64,000 nt of DNA from Octopus sinensis (GCF_006345805.1 NC_042997.1:174096001-174160000), one strand, 5' to 3'. Shown: positions 24,886-39,049, counted from the stretch's first letter. Notes: generated by a model not told the origin, from the sequence alone. Program-made: numbers and translations.

Positions 24886-26915
24886 TGTCATGGTTGGGAG
24901 GCCTTTGATTATTGATCTACCTGATTAGGACTAGCATGACTTAAATAACAACATCTCTACGATTACATGCATTAATGCATAGCTTCTATGTCAATGGGGG
25001 ATTCTCTACATGGTCGCTTAATCTGCAAGAAATAGCAACCAAATTTCCTCCAGACAGCAGTTTACATCTTTAAAAATTCCCATTGGATAATGATATACAA
25101 GGGTAAGCTATATGTATGCGATAGTTACCCTTTTAATGCATTTGATTATAAGTCTGCTATATTACGGTTGACCTAAGGTTAATCCACAGCAACCACTACT
25201 GCAGTGACCTCTAAATCATTCAACAGACTATAATTCAACCGTACAAAACAAAACAAAGAAAAAATAATAATAATTAGATGCTTTGAATGTCACATGGAAA
25301 CACACAGCACTAAAATCTTATCTAGACATAAGCAATTAAACCCACTACGATCCACATAATTTCTGATGACCTTTCAATGCGGCCACACATCATTAACATA
25401 ACTGAGGTTGTATCACGAATGTTAAGGATTCTTCTACTGTGCGTTAGCTTTGGACAGATGCTGACGCTCTGCAAAGCACAATCTGTCCGCATAACAGCAC
25501 AACTCACAAATCTGGGATTGAGTAAATAGTTGCTTACAAGCACACGGTAGGCTAAATTTTAAAATTAGTCATCAACTGTTAGACAGAACGTCACTGGTCC
25601 CCAAGAAGCTGACGTAGTGTATCCTCTTTTTGTCTCTTCTACTGGTTCTGACTCTAACGCTAGTCAACTGGGGTACTATGATATTCTGATTCTTCTACTA
25701 TAATTACAATGATATTACGACGACGGGGCTTTTTCGGACGAATTTAGAAGGTCGCCCGTTGTTAATTGGTGCCCGTCCCAAGTGCAGACGGTTTCAGCCA
25801 CGTTTTTAGAGGCAAGATAGCTTCTTTGTACTGCTACTGTCCTCGGTGGTCATATCGAATGACACGCTATCGAAACCATTTTGACCCACATGCCTGATTT
25901 CTTAAGAGTCTCCTTTCTTGTCAGTCTTATTTTGTCTTGAACTACGGATATATATCGTAACTATATGCACAGACAACGTAAAATTCATGCTATTGCACAG
26001 CCATATATTTATCCTGGGTGTGTAGAACAAAACAGCTAGGTGTTTATTTGAGGAGGATTTTATGCTATTTTCAGTTAATAGAACAATTACATATAGGATT
26101 TCTGGTTCATCCGAGAAACCGTGAGATTTCTTTGTGGGAGCCTAATTGAGGGTGTGAAGAAGTGAAGATAAACTGAACATATGCACACTCAAACAACAAC
26201 TTTCACATTAAGATAATACAGGTCACATCATAATATTTCAGGTCAGTTTGGGTGGGGAACGGCATGAATCTTCACCCGTCATAACGCTACGATCTGCTCT
26301 ACATATAGGAGACATTAACGACGTATGTCCGACATTTTGCAAGCTTTCATTGATCTGCAAATAATATTCTCTCTTCATCACATTGGTCTCGGGTCAAGGA
26401 AGTCTTTAGCGCTGTCTTTTCTCCTTTCACTAAGTCATAAAAAATTCATATTTAAATATTTGATATTTCTAATTAGAACTAATTATCTCATGAAGAAAAC
26501 ACTATTAATAAATTATTAACATTACTTTAATTGTTTCGGCATGCAAAAGAAGCAAATATGGTCCGGTTTCGTTATTATCATGACCTTATCAATAAAGTAG
26601 ATTTCACCCTAATCGCCGAGATAAAGATAGAAAAATCTCAAAGTAAATGTGCACAAATTTGTAGGCTGGTTAACACTGAAAAATAGACTTTAACAATTAC
26701 TTAGCAATAATTTTCATTACTACATCGACAAGTGTGGGGAAAGTTGAGCCTTCGTTTATGAGGTTGTAATAACATCAAACATGATCAAAATTGCCTGTCA
26801 CCGATCGAGATTTTTTCTTGGTTGCAACCATTATCCAATGTATGTATGTATGTATGATGTATGTATGTATGTATGTATGCAGTATGTATGTGTATGTATG
26901 TATGTATGTATGTAT

Positions 26916-26995
<80 letters not shown>

Positions 26996-26999
26996 GTTG

Positions 27000-27190
27000 A
27001 AATTTACAGAAGAACAAAAGACGACGACAGGTATATGAAGACAAGCAGGTGTTAATAGTTTGACGCTCAGGAAGGTGAAAAAGTATTTTACATTTCGAGC
27101 ATACGCTCTTCAACAGAAAGGAACACGATGAAATAAACTGAGAGAGAATATAGAAAAAAACTTGTGGATTTAGCGGTCAATCATATATTA
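27000..27190 (-). repeat. Repeat remnant containing a degenerate minimal hammerhead-like motif
   Basis: Minus strand 27120-27086 reads CTTT CTGTTGA A GAG-CGTATG-CTC GAAA TG TA AAA. Confidence 0.4.
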
Positions 27191-27835
27191 CAGCTGTGAA
27201 ATATATACTCTGTTCCTGGTAACCATTAGATTAGTGATTTCATGTAAGACTACGAAAGAATTTTGTCACAATTTAGTGAACCCAATGCTACTGATTTTGA
27301 ACAAAAGATGGGGTTCTCTTTTTCCAAAGGCTGCATTCTCCAGGTTAATTTTTCGTGCATTCTCCATGTTAATTTTTCGTTAGCGGGAGAAACGATTTCA
27401 TACTTAGCTAGTACAGCAAAATAATGATTAAATTTACAATCGTATTTTAGTTATTTATTTCACATTAATGAAGACAATTAAAATAATTCCTTCATGATCA
27501 CAAATATGAAATGATTCCGAAATGGTTCTGATGGTGGGCCATTAGCTATGACCACCGAGTATAAAGAAACTCGGTATAAAGAAACCATTTTGCCACAAAA
27601 TATCAATTTGGAGATTATATACTATTCTACAGTTGAATTTTAAATATGAAATAGTATTTTTTTTTTCCGAAAGAAAAAAAAATTGAATCGAGTAATAAGA
27701 AAAGAGAATATAAAATTAATCGATGAAAAATATTGTCTTTTCCTTAACGTATGAATTATGCTATTTATTTTTCTAATACTATCGAATATGTTAGCATAAA
27801 ATTAACTAAACGTTATATATATATATATTTTCTCT

Positions 27836-27890
27836 TGTTTCAGCTCAGAGCTGCGGCCATGCTGATGCACTGCCGTTTTGTGCTACACTG
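27836..27890 (-). mobile_element. Isolated CR1/SINE 3' tail remnant
   Basis: GTTTCAGCTCAGAGCTGCGGCCATGCTGATGCACTGCCGTTTTGTGCTAC aligns with 10410-10463. Confidence 0.7.
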
Positions 27891-27908
27891 TTATTGCGAA
27901 GAACCTCG

Positions 27909-27941
27909 TCTAATATGTGGCACTTGGTGCCACATATTAGA
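27909..27941. repeat. Perfect 15-bp-arm hairpin
   Basis: TCTAATATGTGGCAC-TTG-GTGCCACATATTAGA. Confidence 0.95.
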
Positions 27942-27969
27942 TATTATATAATATTATATTATATAATAT

Positions 27970-28372
27970 TAATTTGAGGGAATATTATTCCTAAATTACA
28001 GGGAAAAATTCAATTTAGAAATACTAAATCAAATTTCACAAAATATAATATATATATAAAAAATTAGAAAAAGAACACCTTTTATCAATTCAAAATGAAC
28101 GATTAAATTACACCATCTAGAAAATTACATATAATAGAAAAAAATAACAATAATATACCGATGATTAAGTAAATTGCAAAATAATAAACAAAGCGTAAAA
28201 TAATAAATAAATAATGAAACGTAAATATATACGTTTTATTTATTATTTGGCAATTTATTTAATCATCGATATATTATTGTTATTTTATATTTAATATTTC
28301 TATTATATGTAATTTTCTAGATGGTGTAATTTAATCGTTCAATTTGAATTGATAAAAGGTGGTTTTTTCTAA

Positions 28373-28380
<8 letters not shown>
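27970..28380. repeat. Penelope-pLTR-related segment followed by a ~330-bp fold-back palindrome
   Basis: 27970-28050 (GAGGGAATATTATTCCTAAATTACAGGGAAAAA) resembles 48091-48120. Arms 28052-28223 and 28230-28380 are reverse complements. Confidence 0.75.
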
Positions 28381-28466
<86 letters not shown>

Positions 28467-29271
28467 TGTATGTATGTATGTATGTATGTATGTATAGAAC
28501 TAGAATATTTTAACAGTGTTACTAGTAGAAGCTGTGGCATCTGGTTGATCAGGATGGAGATTTAGCAATCCGACTCAATAGAACAGGAGCTGAAGGTAGA
28601 ATAACTGCTGTTTATGCATAATTTATTTCAATAAGATGGTAAAATGCATTCTTGACATATAGACATTTATTTGTGGCAAGAATTGATAATTGGCTCAGTC
28701 TTCTCACTCACATTGTTTAGTGTAACACATTGCTGCGGTATTTGCCGATGGTCTAGACTGAGAGGAGCCAGGAAGGAAGGAAGTAAGCAAGCAGCGCTAC
28801 TCCATACGTCTTCCAGTAAACTCTGCACGCGACTGATGAAACACAGAAGGGCGGCGAAAAAAACCGACAATTTCCCATCTGTTTATGCTGTATCTGGTCG
28901 CGAATTTGGGCTTTAGACACGCTCGTGTTCCTGCACACACACAGACACACACACACGGGTGCGCGTATAGCTACAAGCATACATATGTATTCTGTGTATG
29001 TACGCACATAAATATGCATACACCCATATACACACACACACATATATATACACACACATATACATATGTATATGTATGCATAAATACACACACACGCACA
29101 CGCACACACACGCACACGCACGCACACGCACACGCACACACACGCACACACACGCACACGCACACACACGCACACGCACACACACGCACACGCACACACA
29201 CGCACAACACGCGCGCACACACACACACATATATATGTGTGCATATAGTTAAATGCATATTTAAATTCATA

Positions 29272-29526
29272 TACTCTTTTACTCTCTTTTACTTGTTTCA
29301 GTCATTTGACTGTGGCCATGCTGGAGCACCGCCGCCTTTAGTCAAGCAAATCGACCACAGGACTTATTCTTTGTAAGCCTAGTACTTATTCTATCGGTCT
29401 CTTTTGCCGAACCGCTAGGTTACGGGACGTAAACACACCAGTATCGGTTGTCAAGCTATGTTGGGGGGAACAAACACAGACGCACAAACATATACATATA
29501 CACACATACATATATATATATACATA

Positions 29527-29558
<32 letters not shown>

Positions 29559-29739
29559 ATATATATACATATATACGACGGGCTTCTTTCAGTTTCCGTC
29601 TACCAAATCAACTGACAAGGCTTTGGTCGGCCCGAGGCTATAGTAGAAGACACCTGCCCAAGGTGTCACGCAGTGGGGCTGAACCCAGAACCATGTGGTT
29701 CGTAAGCAAGCTACTTATCTCACAGCCACTCCTACGCCT
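29272..29739 (-). mobile_element. SINE family A, full length
   Basis: Head GGCGTAGGAGTGGCTGTG on the minus strand, internal microsatellite, (AAAAGAGT)n tail. Confidence 0.9.
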
Positions 29740-30221
29740 ATAAATTTAATTATATGTACATATGTAATTGTATGTATTATACAAATGTGTGTATTATACA
29801 ATTGAGGATTTGGCTGCTATTTCCTTTGAGGAATCGTTTATCAGTTAGTTATTTTTTTTTTTCTCATTATCTTTTTAATATATGTATGCGACAAAAATGC
29901 AGAAATTACATGCAGTATATGACAGGTGGGTTGTGAAAGGACAAGATTTGGCTAGAAATTTCCATGTTCACAGACAAAGAAGGTATTCAAAAGAGTCAAA
30001 ATATAAAGCAGAAACCAATCAAACAAACGAATATGATGAACACAGACATTTGTAAAGAAACGCGCGTGCACATACACACACACACACACACACATACACA
30101 CAAACAACCAAACAACCAAATACGCGCATATGCATTTGTCATAAGACTATGTGTAATCGGGTGTAAACTCCGACCCGTATCCCGTTTCCATATATCTAGC
30201 TTTATACACACACACACACAC

Positions 30222-30264
<43 letters not shown>

Positions 30265-30284
30265 GGAGAGATATGCTCGTATAT

Positions 30285-30359
<75 letters not shown>

Positions 30360-30416
30360 TATAGATGTAGGTACACATGTATATATACATATAGATGTAG
30401 GTACGTACATATATGT

Positions 30417-30461
<45 letters not shown>

Positions 30462-30591
30462 ATATATCTAGCTATATTATCTATATTATATCTTTGTATG
30501 TATATCTGTATATATATACATACATAATATATATATATATATATATTATCTATATTATATCTTTGTATGTATTCTGTATATATATACATAC

Positions 30592-30647
<56 letters not shown>

Positions 30648-30675
30648 GTAGTATATCTGTGTGTGTACGCCCACG

Positions 30676-30715
<40 letters not shown>

Positions 30716-30725
30716 ATATGTTTGT

Positions 30726-30759
<34 letters not shown>

Positions 30760-31815
30760 CAAGACTTTTGTTTTGTTCTATGAAAGCATCTCAGAAAAAT
30801 ACTTTTCATGGCTGACAATAAAGAAGTCAGTTAAGCAACTCAGTGTGCTTTAAGAAGGTTCTTTGATAATTTTGGTTCCTATCAAAAAGTTTTTTTCTTC
30901 TTTTCCTTGATAAATGACATTTGATACGATTTCTTTCAGCAGTGATTCCAATATCCCACCATTTTCTTTTTTTGTATTTCTCTTTTCTTATAAATATCTC
31001 AATAAGGCCCTCTATCTGTGACATTCATTTAAAACTGTCAATTGCACCTCCTCATCCTCCAGTCACTCCCCCTTAGCACACACTAAAATAAAGTAAACAA
31101 AATATAACAAAAAGAACAAATAAGTTGTTTATTTTGGTGGGGGAGGCATTTCTGGCTGGGGGGATTTTTTTTTTATTGTTTTGCTTTGTTTTATTTTACT
31201 TAAAAAAATACACCTTTTCTTCTAAAACTAAGAATACAAAATACATTGAAAAGAAAGACGAAATCATTTTCAGAAATATAAAGAGAACCCACACTCATTG
31301 ATGTTTTTTTTGCCTTAAGCAAGTTAAGTATCAAATTTCTCTCAATCGTGTACGGTATCAAAAGTGTTGTTAGGACATACAAATAATAGTATTATATACA
31401 CTTCATGCAAAAAGCAAGTAAAAAGAAGGAAGGAAAGAAACAATTATCAAATATTTTTCTATGGATTTAGTAGTTTAGTTTGTGTTTGTTTGCTTTTTTA
31501 TTCTTTTAACATTCATATATATATATGTATATATACATACATACACACATATATATATATACATATATTTATATTTATATGTATGTGTATAGATAAATAG
31601 AGAGATAGATATTAGCACACACAGGTACACACACACAAGCTCACGCGCATGTCTATATGTATATGCGTGTGTTTGTATAAATATGTATGTACGTACGTAT
31701 GTACGTACGTACGTATGTACGTATGTTTCTATGTATTATTCTAGTGTTAATTGCAGATTCCCTATTGTGCAACAACCGTGGTACCCCCTCCTCCTCCTCC
31801 TCCTCCACCACCTCA

Positions 31816-31859
<44 letters not shown>

Positions 31860-31926
31860 TTTCTATCCCGCTTATTGCTGCTGCGTAGCTGTTCATGCAT
31901 TTCATTACCATTATCACATAAAACAA

Positions 31927-32100
31927 GGCGGCGAGCTGGTGGAATCAATAACACGCCGGGTCCAAATGCTTAGCGTTATTTCGTTCGCTTCTACGTTCTG
32001 AGTTCAAATTCCGCCGAGGTCGACTTTGCCTTTCATCCTTTCGGGATCAATAAATTAAATACCAGTGAAATACTGGACTCGGTATAATCGATTAGTCCAG
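31927..32100 (+). mobile_element. Family B (Nin/Deu) SINE
   Basis: GGCGGCGAGCTGG..GTTCTGAGTTCAAATTCCGCCGAGGTCGACTTTGCCTTTCATCCTTTCGGG. Confidence 0.9.
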
Positions 32101-32415
32101 TCCGACTAATATAAAACAAGCAAAAAAAAAGTATTGATTAAAAACAAAAACGCGATTGAGTAACAGCATCAGTTTGAGCGAGGGGAGCTCCCTCCTTTGT
32201 AGTTTGTTCTGTCTCTTCATGTTCCCTAGTTCAAATCCCTCCAATGATAACTTACTCTCCCATCCTTCTAGGATCGATAAATAAAGCTCCGGTCGAAATG
32301 TACTTGGGTGTTGATATTATTGCCTACTTTTCTACTCCCTCAAAATACCTGGTCTTGTGCTTATTTTCAGAAACGTTATTATAATTACTTCAGAGATCAA
32401 CGATTTTGGAGTGTA

Positions 32416-32730
32416 GTGAAGGTGTGTGGACTAGTGGTTAGAGTATTCGGTTTCCGATCGCAAGGTCACGAGTTCAGTTCTCGGCAACGCGTTGTGCCCT
32501 TGAGTAAGACACTTTATTTCACGTTGTTCCAGTTCAGTAAGCTGGCAAAAATTAGCAGTACCTGTATTTCAAAGGGCCAGCCTTGTCACACCCTGTGCCA
32601 CGCTGACTCTCCTCGAGAACTACGTTAAGGTTACAAGTGTCTGTGGAGTCCTGAGCCACATACACGGCAATTTGACGAGCAGGCTGTTCCGTTGATCTGG
32701 GACCCTCGTCGTTGTAACCGACGAAGTGCC
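32416..32730 (+). mobile_element. tRNA-derived SINE family C
   Basis: A-box-like TGGACTAGTGGTTAGAG and B-box-like GAGTTCAGTTC. The tail GAGCAGGCTGTTCCGTTGATC..CCCTCGTCGTTGTAACCGACG is shared with 42235-42360. Confidence 0.75.
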
Positions 32731-34615
32731 AGTCAAGTACCGTGTTAAATGATTGTGGAATTTAATTGCAACCTTACTACAGAGTTCCAAGTTCAAATCC
32801 TATGAGTCTTCGAAAATATGGGTTTTGGAGTAGAACTGGGTACTAGACTGCACAGTCCGGCCACGCCGACTCCAGAGGTATAGGAAAAACATCCATAAAG
32901 TTCGCGTTTATTCATTGGATCTCGAATATAAATTTGGATGTGTGAGCGACCTCCGACCAAGTAACAACTCACCCGTATTGACTCCCATGTTCATCCTTGC
33001 CGTGTCAATAAAATAAATAGCTATCTATCCTTGCTGTGTCAATAAAATAAATAGCCATTAATAAAATATATAGTCAAATAAATCGACTACATTCTTGTAT
33101 AATGTATCTGTGCTTAAATCCAGCCGGAGTCAACTTTACCTTTTGTAAAGTACCTCTTAAGTTCTGACGCCTCTATAATCAACTGCCCGCTTTTTGCTGA
33201 AATTGTAGTGATTGTGTCCATGTAATATATCAAAATGATAATTATTAATAACAGGTAAGAGAAGGTGGACAAACTGAATCAGCACATCCCTAATAGATCG
33301 TTCCCTATAAGTGTTTAGTTTTGTCATTGTAAATGTTGAGTTTAGGCCAGCTGAAATCGACTTTGCTTTTCAGGCATTTTTAAGCAGATAAATAGTAATA
33401 AGTGATATACGTCAGGTTGCTGTTACTGCTGCTGCTGCAGCTGTTGTTGTTGATGATGATTTTGATGTTGTTTAAACTTTGAGTCAATCCAAACCGGGTA
33501 GACCTGTGATCATCCAATGATCTTTCTAGATCTAGTACACATAAGGAAATGTAACAGATGTCATTTTTTTCTAAGATAGGAGCTTGCAATTGATAGCGGT
33601 TTGGCTGCTAATTCTAGCGTAGACCACGTTGATGATTTTCGTTGGCTCCATTGACGATAAGCCTCCTCTACGACTTATGACCAAAAACAATGCAAGAAAT
33701 TGTCATTATCATAATTAGGTTAAAAAATGTGTTGTGTCGCATTTCAAGATGGGAAGGAAACACATGTTTTTTTTTTGGTTTCAATTTATATATTTAATTA
33801 CGATAATATTTCTCCTCATTATTTATAACATAATGCCATCTATTTTCACAAATTGATTATCCGGCACTCGTAAATTATTCTTTACGTTTTGAAGCAGAGA
33901 AACACTCAGTATGATTTTTAACTTCTTCAGGATTAATAAACTGTTTTCTCTTTAAATAATATTGAAGCGATCTGAAACAATGATAATAAAAAAGAGCAAA
34001 TTGAAAAGATTAAAGAGGAAGATTCAAAAACTTGCATACTTTGTACCATAATATTTTTCTCGGTGGCTTGGACAATATAATGCCTTGCATTGTTTTGTAA
34101 GACTGATACCAACACTAAGCGCTTTTACTGCAAATTTTTGTGTTATGCTTCCAAATGATGACAATACCTATCAGTGTTTGGTTTAAATTAGCATTTATTT
34201 TGGTTGGGCTTAGCACTTCATGATAAGTAACGCAATTCATATTTCATCAAACTCAGAGCATTACTTTCTTTCGATGAAGTTCTGGTTTGCGGGGAGACTC
34301 ACATTTTCATATTGGGTGCCAAGCATTGTCTTTTCTGTTGGGTATGATTACAGAGAGTATATTTTTTTATCATATGAGATGATTCTACTCTGGAAAATTT
34401 CGGTCGCAAATTTATTCTTCAGTGATAAGAAGAGAGCAACTCTTTGATTAAGCAGAAAAGCAGTGAGATGGTGAGGGATCCATTGACCAAGTTTAGACAT
34501 TGTACCTAGTTCATGAAGGTGTGTTATAATCGAAGAATGACAGAATATTTAAAACGTGTGAGTACAAATTCCATGAATATATATCTCGAGGAAATGAGAA
34601 GAAAATGTGTATGTA

Positions 34616-34771
34616 TTACACCTCCATAAACTTACACCTACACATATATATGTAGACATGTACGTATATATATATATATTATATATATATATATTATATA
34701 TATATTATATAATATAATATATATTATATATGTTGTGTGTGTGTGGTGGGTGTAAGTTTATGGAGGTGTAA
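34616..34771. mobile_element. MITE-like unit: perfect 23-bp TIRs enclosing only microsatellite, TA-flanked
   Basis: TTACACCTCCATAAACTTACACC (34616-34638) and GGTGTAAGTTTATGGAGGTGTAA (34749-34771), with TA on both outer sides. Confidence 0.7.
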
Positions 34772-35728
34772 TATATATTTATATATTATACGTATACATA
34801 TACATGTACATAATACACACATACATGTAGGACGAAAAAGAATGACACCGCTTTTATCGGGCACCGATCACGTGGTATGGAATAGGAAGTGTTGAGAAAG
34901 GCAAAGGGGGGGAAGAGGGAGAGAAAGAGAGAGAGAGACAAAGAGAGAACGAAGGTGCAGAGTAAGAAAGAGAGAGATGGGGGAAGGTGCAAAGAAGGCA
35001 AGTTATGGGGAAAAGATAGGGTAAGGTTAGAGAAAGTGAAAGTAAGATTAAGTGTGGATAAAGATAGAGTAAGAGGAAAGAGGGGGAGGCAAAGAGAGTA
35101 AGATGAGGGGTGGAAACAGATAGGGTAAGAGGGAAGGAAGGGAGAGAGAGTACGAAAACGAAAGGAAGACAGAGGGAGAAAGAGTGGAGATAGGGTTAAG
35201 AGTGGCACAGAAATATTCAAGGAATATTTTACAATAACGTAAACAAACGATGTACATTGCGCTACATGGATGTATCAAGAGTTGAACAGAAAGAATACGA
35301 CGAAAAGTTAGAAGAAAGCACAGTGAACGGAAAAGTAAACGAAGACTAAACGGACGGCAAATTAGACAAGATACACGGAATATTCATAGCTGAGTTTTCC
35401 TCTTCAGTCAAAGGCGCAAAGTATCGTAACGGTTTCGCACCAATTACCTTTGATACTGTTCAGTTTTGCAGGCGCCACACACAGACATACACACATGCTC
35501 ACACACTCACACATAGATACATATATTCTCATATAGATGAATATGCACGTGTGTGTGCTTGTATGCGTGCATTTATGAATGAAAATGAGTGGACTGATGA
35601 TAAGAAAGATTGTTGGATGTGTGGCTGGAGGTAAGTTTGATCACCTTTAGGACTGCTAGTTGTAGTTACACTCCATGACTACTTCACTATTGTTGGCGTA
35701 TATGCTGCTGCTGCTGCTACTACTACTG

Positions 35729-35761
<33 letters not shown>

Positions 35762-36359
35762 TTAAGACTACTACTACTACTACTACAGCTGCTGCTGCTA
35801 CATTTGTAGCTGCCGCTGTTACTACTACTACTAACAACAACAGGACAGCCGCAGCCGTCGCCACCACAACCATTACCATTACTACTACTACCACCACCAC
35901 CACCACCACCACCACCACCACTACCACCACCACCACCACCACTTCTGCCGCTGCATCCTACTGTTGGCTTTGTGGATGGAATCATTGAATGTTTGACTGA
36001 TGAAATAATGGATTCCTGGATTCATGGATTCACAGAATGACTGACGACGGCTAGATGCAATTATGGACTAAAACATTAATGAGTAAATGGCAAGATATAT
36101 GATTAATTACTTCTGGCTGGCTTGTTGGCTGGCTGGCTGTTTCGTTGACTAAATACCTGGCGGCTGCATAGCTTGTGGGCTGGTAGGACAGCAGGCTGTC
36201 TATCTCCCAGGCTGGTTAGCTGGCTGACTGGCTGGCTGGATGGATGGATGACTGGATGGGTGGATGGATGGATGGATGGATGGAATTGCTACCTAAATGG
36301 TTGACTGGATTGATGGATATTTAGATTGACGTGTTAATAGACAGAGAGATGGATAGACA

Positions 36360-36417
<58 letters not shown>

Positions 36418-36564
36418 GGATGGATGGATGGATGGATGGATGGATAGATGGATGGATGGATGGATGGATTGTTGGATAGATGGAAGGATGGATGGCTGGA
36501 TGACGACAGAGGGAGATATAAATACATACCCACATACGTAGGTGCACGGATTGATGGCTAGATG

Positions 36565-36605
<41 letters not shown>

Positions 36606-36704
36606 AGTGATGTTGCTACACATCGCTGGTTACAATGCACTTCGCATTGTTTTAGCCTTTAATGACGCCACCCCGCTAGCTAAGCGAGCAGGCCAGCAGA
36701 AGAG

Positions 36705-36804
36705 NNNNNNNNNNNNNNNNNNNNNNNNNNNNNNNNNNNNNNNNNNNNNNNNNNNNNNNNNNNNNNNNNNNNNNNNNNNNNNNNNNNNNNNNNNNNNNNN
36801 NNNN
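36705..36804. other. Assembly gap (100 N)
   Basis: Run of 100 N. The true length is unknown, and the ORF spanning it is an artefact. Confidence 1.
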
Positions 36805-38242
36805 ATCTTTCACATGAATACTCCTACTTCTAAAATATTTTGGACAGTGTGTGACTTCACCGTCGCGTATAGGAACTATAATGTGCTTCAGTGCAATGGT
36901 TTCCCTTTCTACACTCCTGAACTACATTGCCCTGTGAAATATTCTATATCCTCCCATATATCTTTGAAGGCTCTTCCACATGGGTGTGTCTATCTGCTTC
37001 TAAGCATTAGGATTTTGCCGAAAGCGTAGTTTTCCGAGCAGTTGTTGCCGAAATATCTACTGGAATTGCAGCTTAGTTTTTCAACCATTCACTTTCACAG
37101 GTTACTACTTATGTCAAGCGTGTTTCCTTTTAGGAAGAGTGAAAAGTATTTTGTTGACTTCGCTGTTATACTAGGAAAACTAGCCTGTCCGTAGAGTTAC
37201 ACCCAGCTTTTACTTTTCCGTCGTCGTTATTGTTGTTGTTTGTTGCTGTTGCAGTTGTAATTGTTGTTGTTGCTGCTGTCTTCTTCTTCCAGTCAGGACT
37301 CACGTCATTAGCCACAAAGAATTATCTCTAATTCGAGCCTACTCTAAGCTACTAAAAATGCCTGTGGAAACTTGAAGATCCACTCACCACACGCGATAGA
37401 CTGGCGGTTGCACGGGCGCGAAAGCTACGTTGTTATCCTCATTCCGTAAACGGTGGCTTTTAACGGGTGGAGAGCTGAATCATCCTGTAATCACACCATA
37501 GTGGGTTACACCGTGGTTTCTCTACTTTGTAGCAGTGAGAGAAAGTTGTAGTGAAAGAGTGAGAGAAAGTTGTAGTGAAAGAGTACAGCGGGGTTCACCA
37601 ACCCTCCCCGCAATAACAACAACAACAACAACAATATTAACGAGAACAACAACAACAACGGCGATGATGACGATGGCGATGGTGATGATAATGATGATCA
37701 TGATGTTGATGATGTCGACGATGATGATTTATTAACTACCAAATGTTTACAAAATGAGCGAGGATAGTACAGGATGGTAAGATATGACGAATGGATGCAA
37801 ATATATATTCGAATGTCTTCAGAGTAATTTGCGAGTATGTAATTTGCAGTAATTTTATTGCTGACTCTCCAATCACAATGAAACTATACACAGGTTTTGG
37901 CTATAAAGTTGTTGCAGACTTGAGTAATTGCAAGGAATAGTATGTATAGTTTTGAGTCTGTATTTTATTGATTCCGTATACTGTTGAGTATTTGTTGTAT
38001 TGCGTATGTAATTCAATGCAATGCGAATTTAGTGTGTGTAAAGTGGAGTATTTGATATGCTGAGATATTTTCAATGTTGAATTAGTGTTTTCTACGTACT
38101 AGTTAATTGGGTGCAGCGTTGTGAGAATATAATTTTGAATGACAGCAGTGTAGTGTTAGAACAATGGTAAAGATCTGCAATGCTGCTGAAGTGAGGTATT
38201 GAATGCTTGCATTGTAATGGAGAGCATTGTTGCATGAGTACA

Positions 38243-38390
38243 CTAGGCACAAGGCCCGAAATTTTGGGGGGGAGGGACTAGTCGATTAGATCGACCCCAG
38301 TACGCAACTGGTACTTAATTTATCGACTCCGAAAATGTTAAAAGGCAAAGTCGACCGAGGTGGAATTTGAACTCAGAACGTAAAGACAAA
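38243..38390 (-). mobile_element. Family B (Nin/Deu) SINE, partial
   Basis: GTACTTAATTTATCGACTCCG..AAGGCAAAGTCGACCGAGGTGGAATTTGAACTCAGAACG. Confidence 0.85.
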
Positions 38391-38399
38391 CGAGATGAA

Positions 38400-39040
38400 T
38401 GTGTACAATATTAAGCACACTGTTGAGTGAGTTCAGTGTTAAGTGAGTGTAGTGTTAGGTGTTTTCTGAGTTGAGTATAATGTTAAATGTATTGAATATG
38501 CAGAATCTTGAGTGAGCATAGTGCTGCGGGGGAGTTGTGTTGAATGAGTATAGTGTTGAGTGCTTGGAGTGCTGAAGGAGTGTGATGTTGAGTGTGTGTA
38601 ACATTGATTGATTACTGTGCTGAATGAGTACAGTGTTGAGTGCATTGAGTCTGTTAAAAGTATGCAGTATTAAGAGGTGTCAGTTTTGATTGAGGGGAGT
38701 GTTAAATGTGAGTAGTTCGAAAAGTACTGTATTGAATGAGCACAGTTCTGAAAGAGCGCAATCTCGAGTGACTGAAGTGTCGATGGAGTGCAGTTTCGAA
38801 TGCGTACACTGTTGAATGTGTAACGATGCACGCGATGAGCTTTGAGTGAGGGCAGTGCTGAAAGCATGCAGTGTTGTAGGAGAGCTGTGTTGAGTGAGAT
38901 CAGTATTGAAAGCATGCATTGCTGCAGCAGAGCTGTGTTGAGGTAATGCAACGCTAAGTGAGTGCTGTGGTTGTATGTTCAACGTTCAATGTGCTCAGCG
39001 CTGAAAGATTATAGCATCGAATCAGGGCAGTGCTGAATAC
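38400..39040. repeat. Degenerate cryptic tandem repeat rich in (CA)GTGTTGAGTG / AGTGCTG motifs
   Basis: GTGTTGA(G/A)TG and AGTGCTG variants recur many times at irregular 12-40 bp spacing. Confidence 0.55.
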
Positions 39041-39049
39041 GTTCTGTAT

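Noticed and set aside
28828-28865. CTGATGA...GAAA as a hammerhead
   Set aside because: No stem II, stem III or stem I pairing. The same holds for other isolated CTGANGA hits near 797, 25365, 34420, 35595 and 44917.
36562-37029. 155-aa ORF
   Set aside because: It spans the 100-N gap, so it is an artefact.
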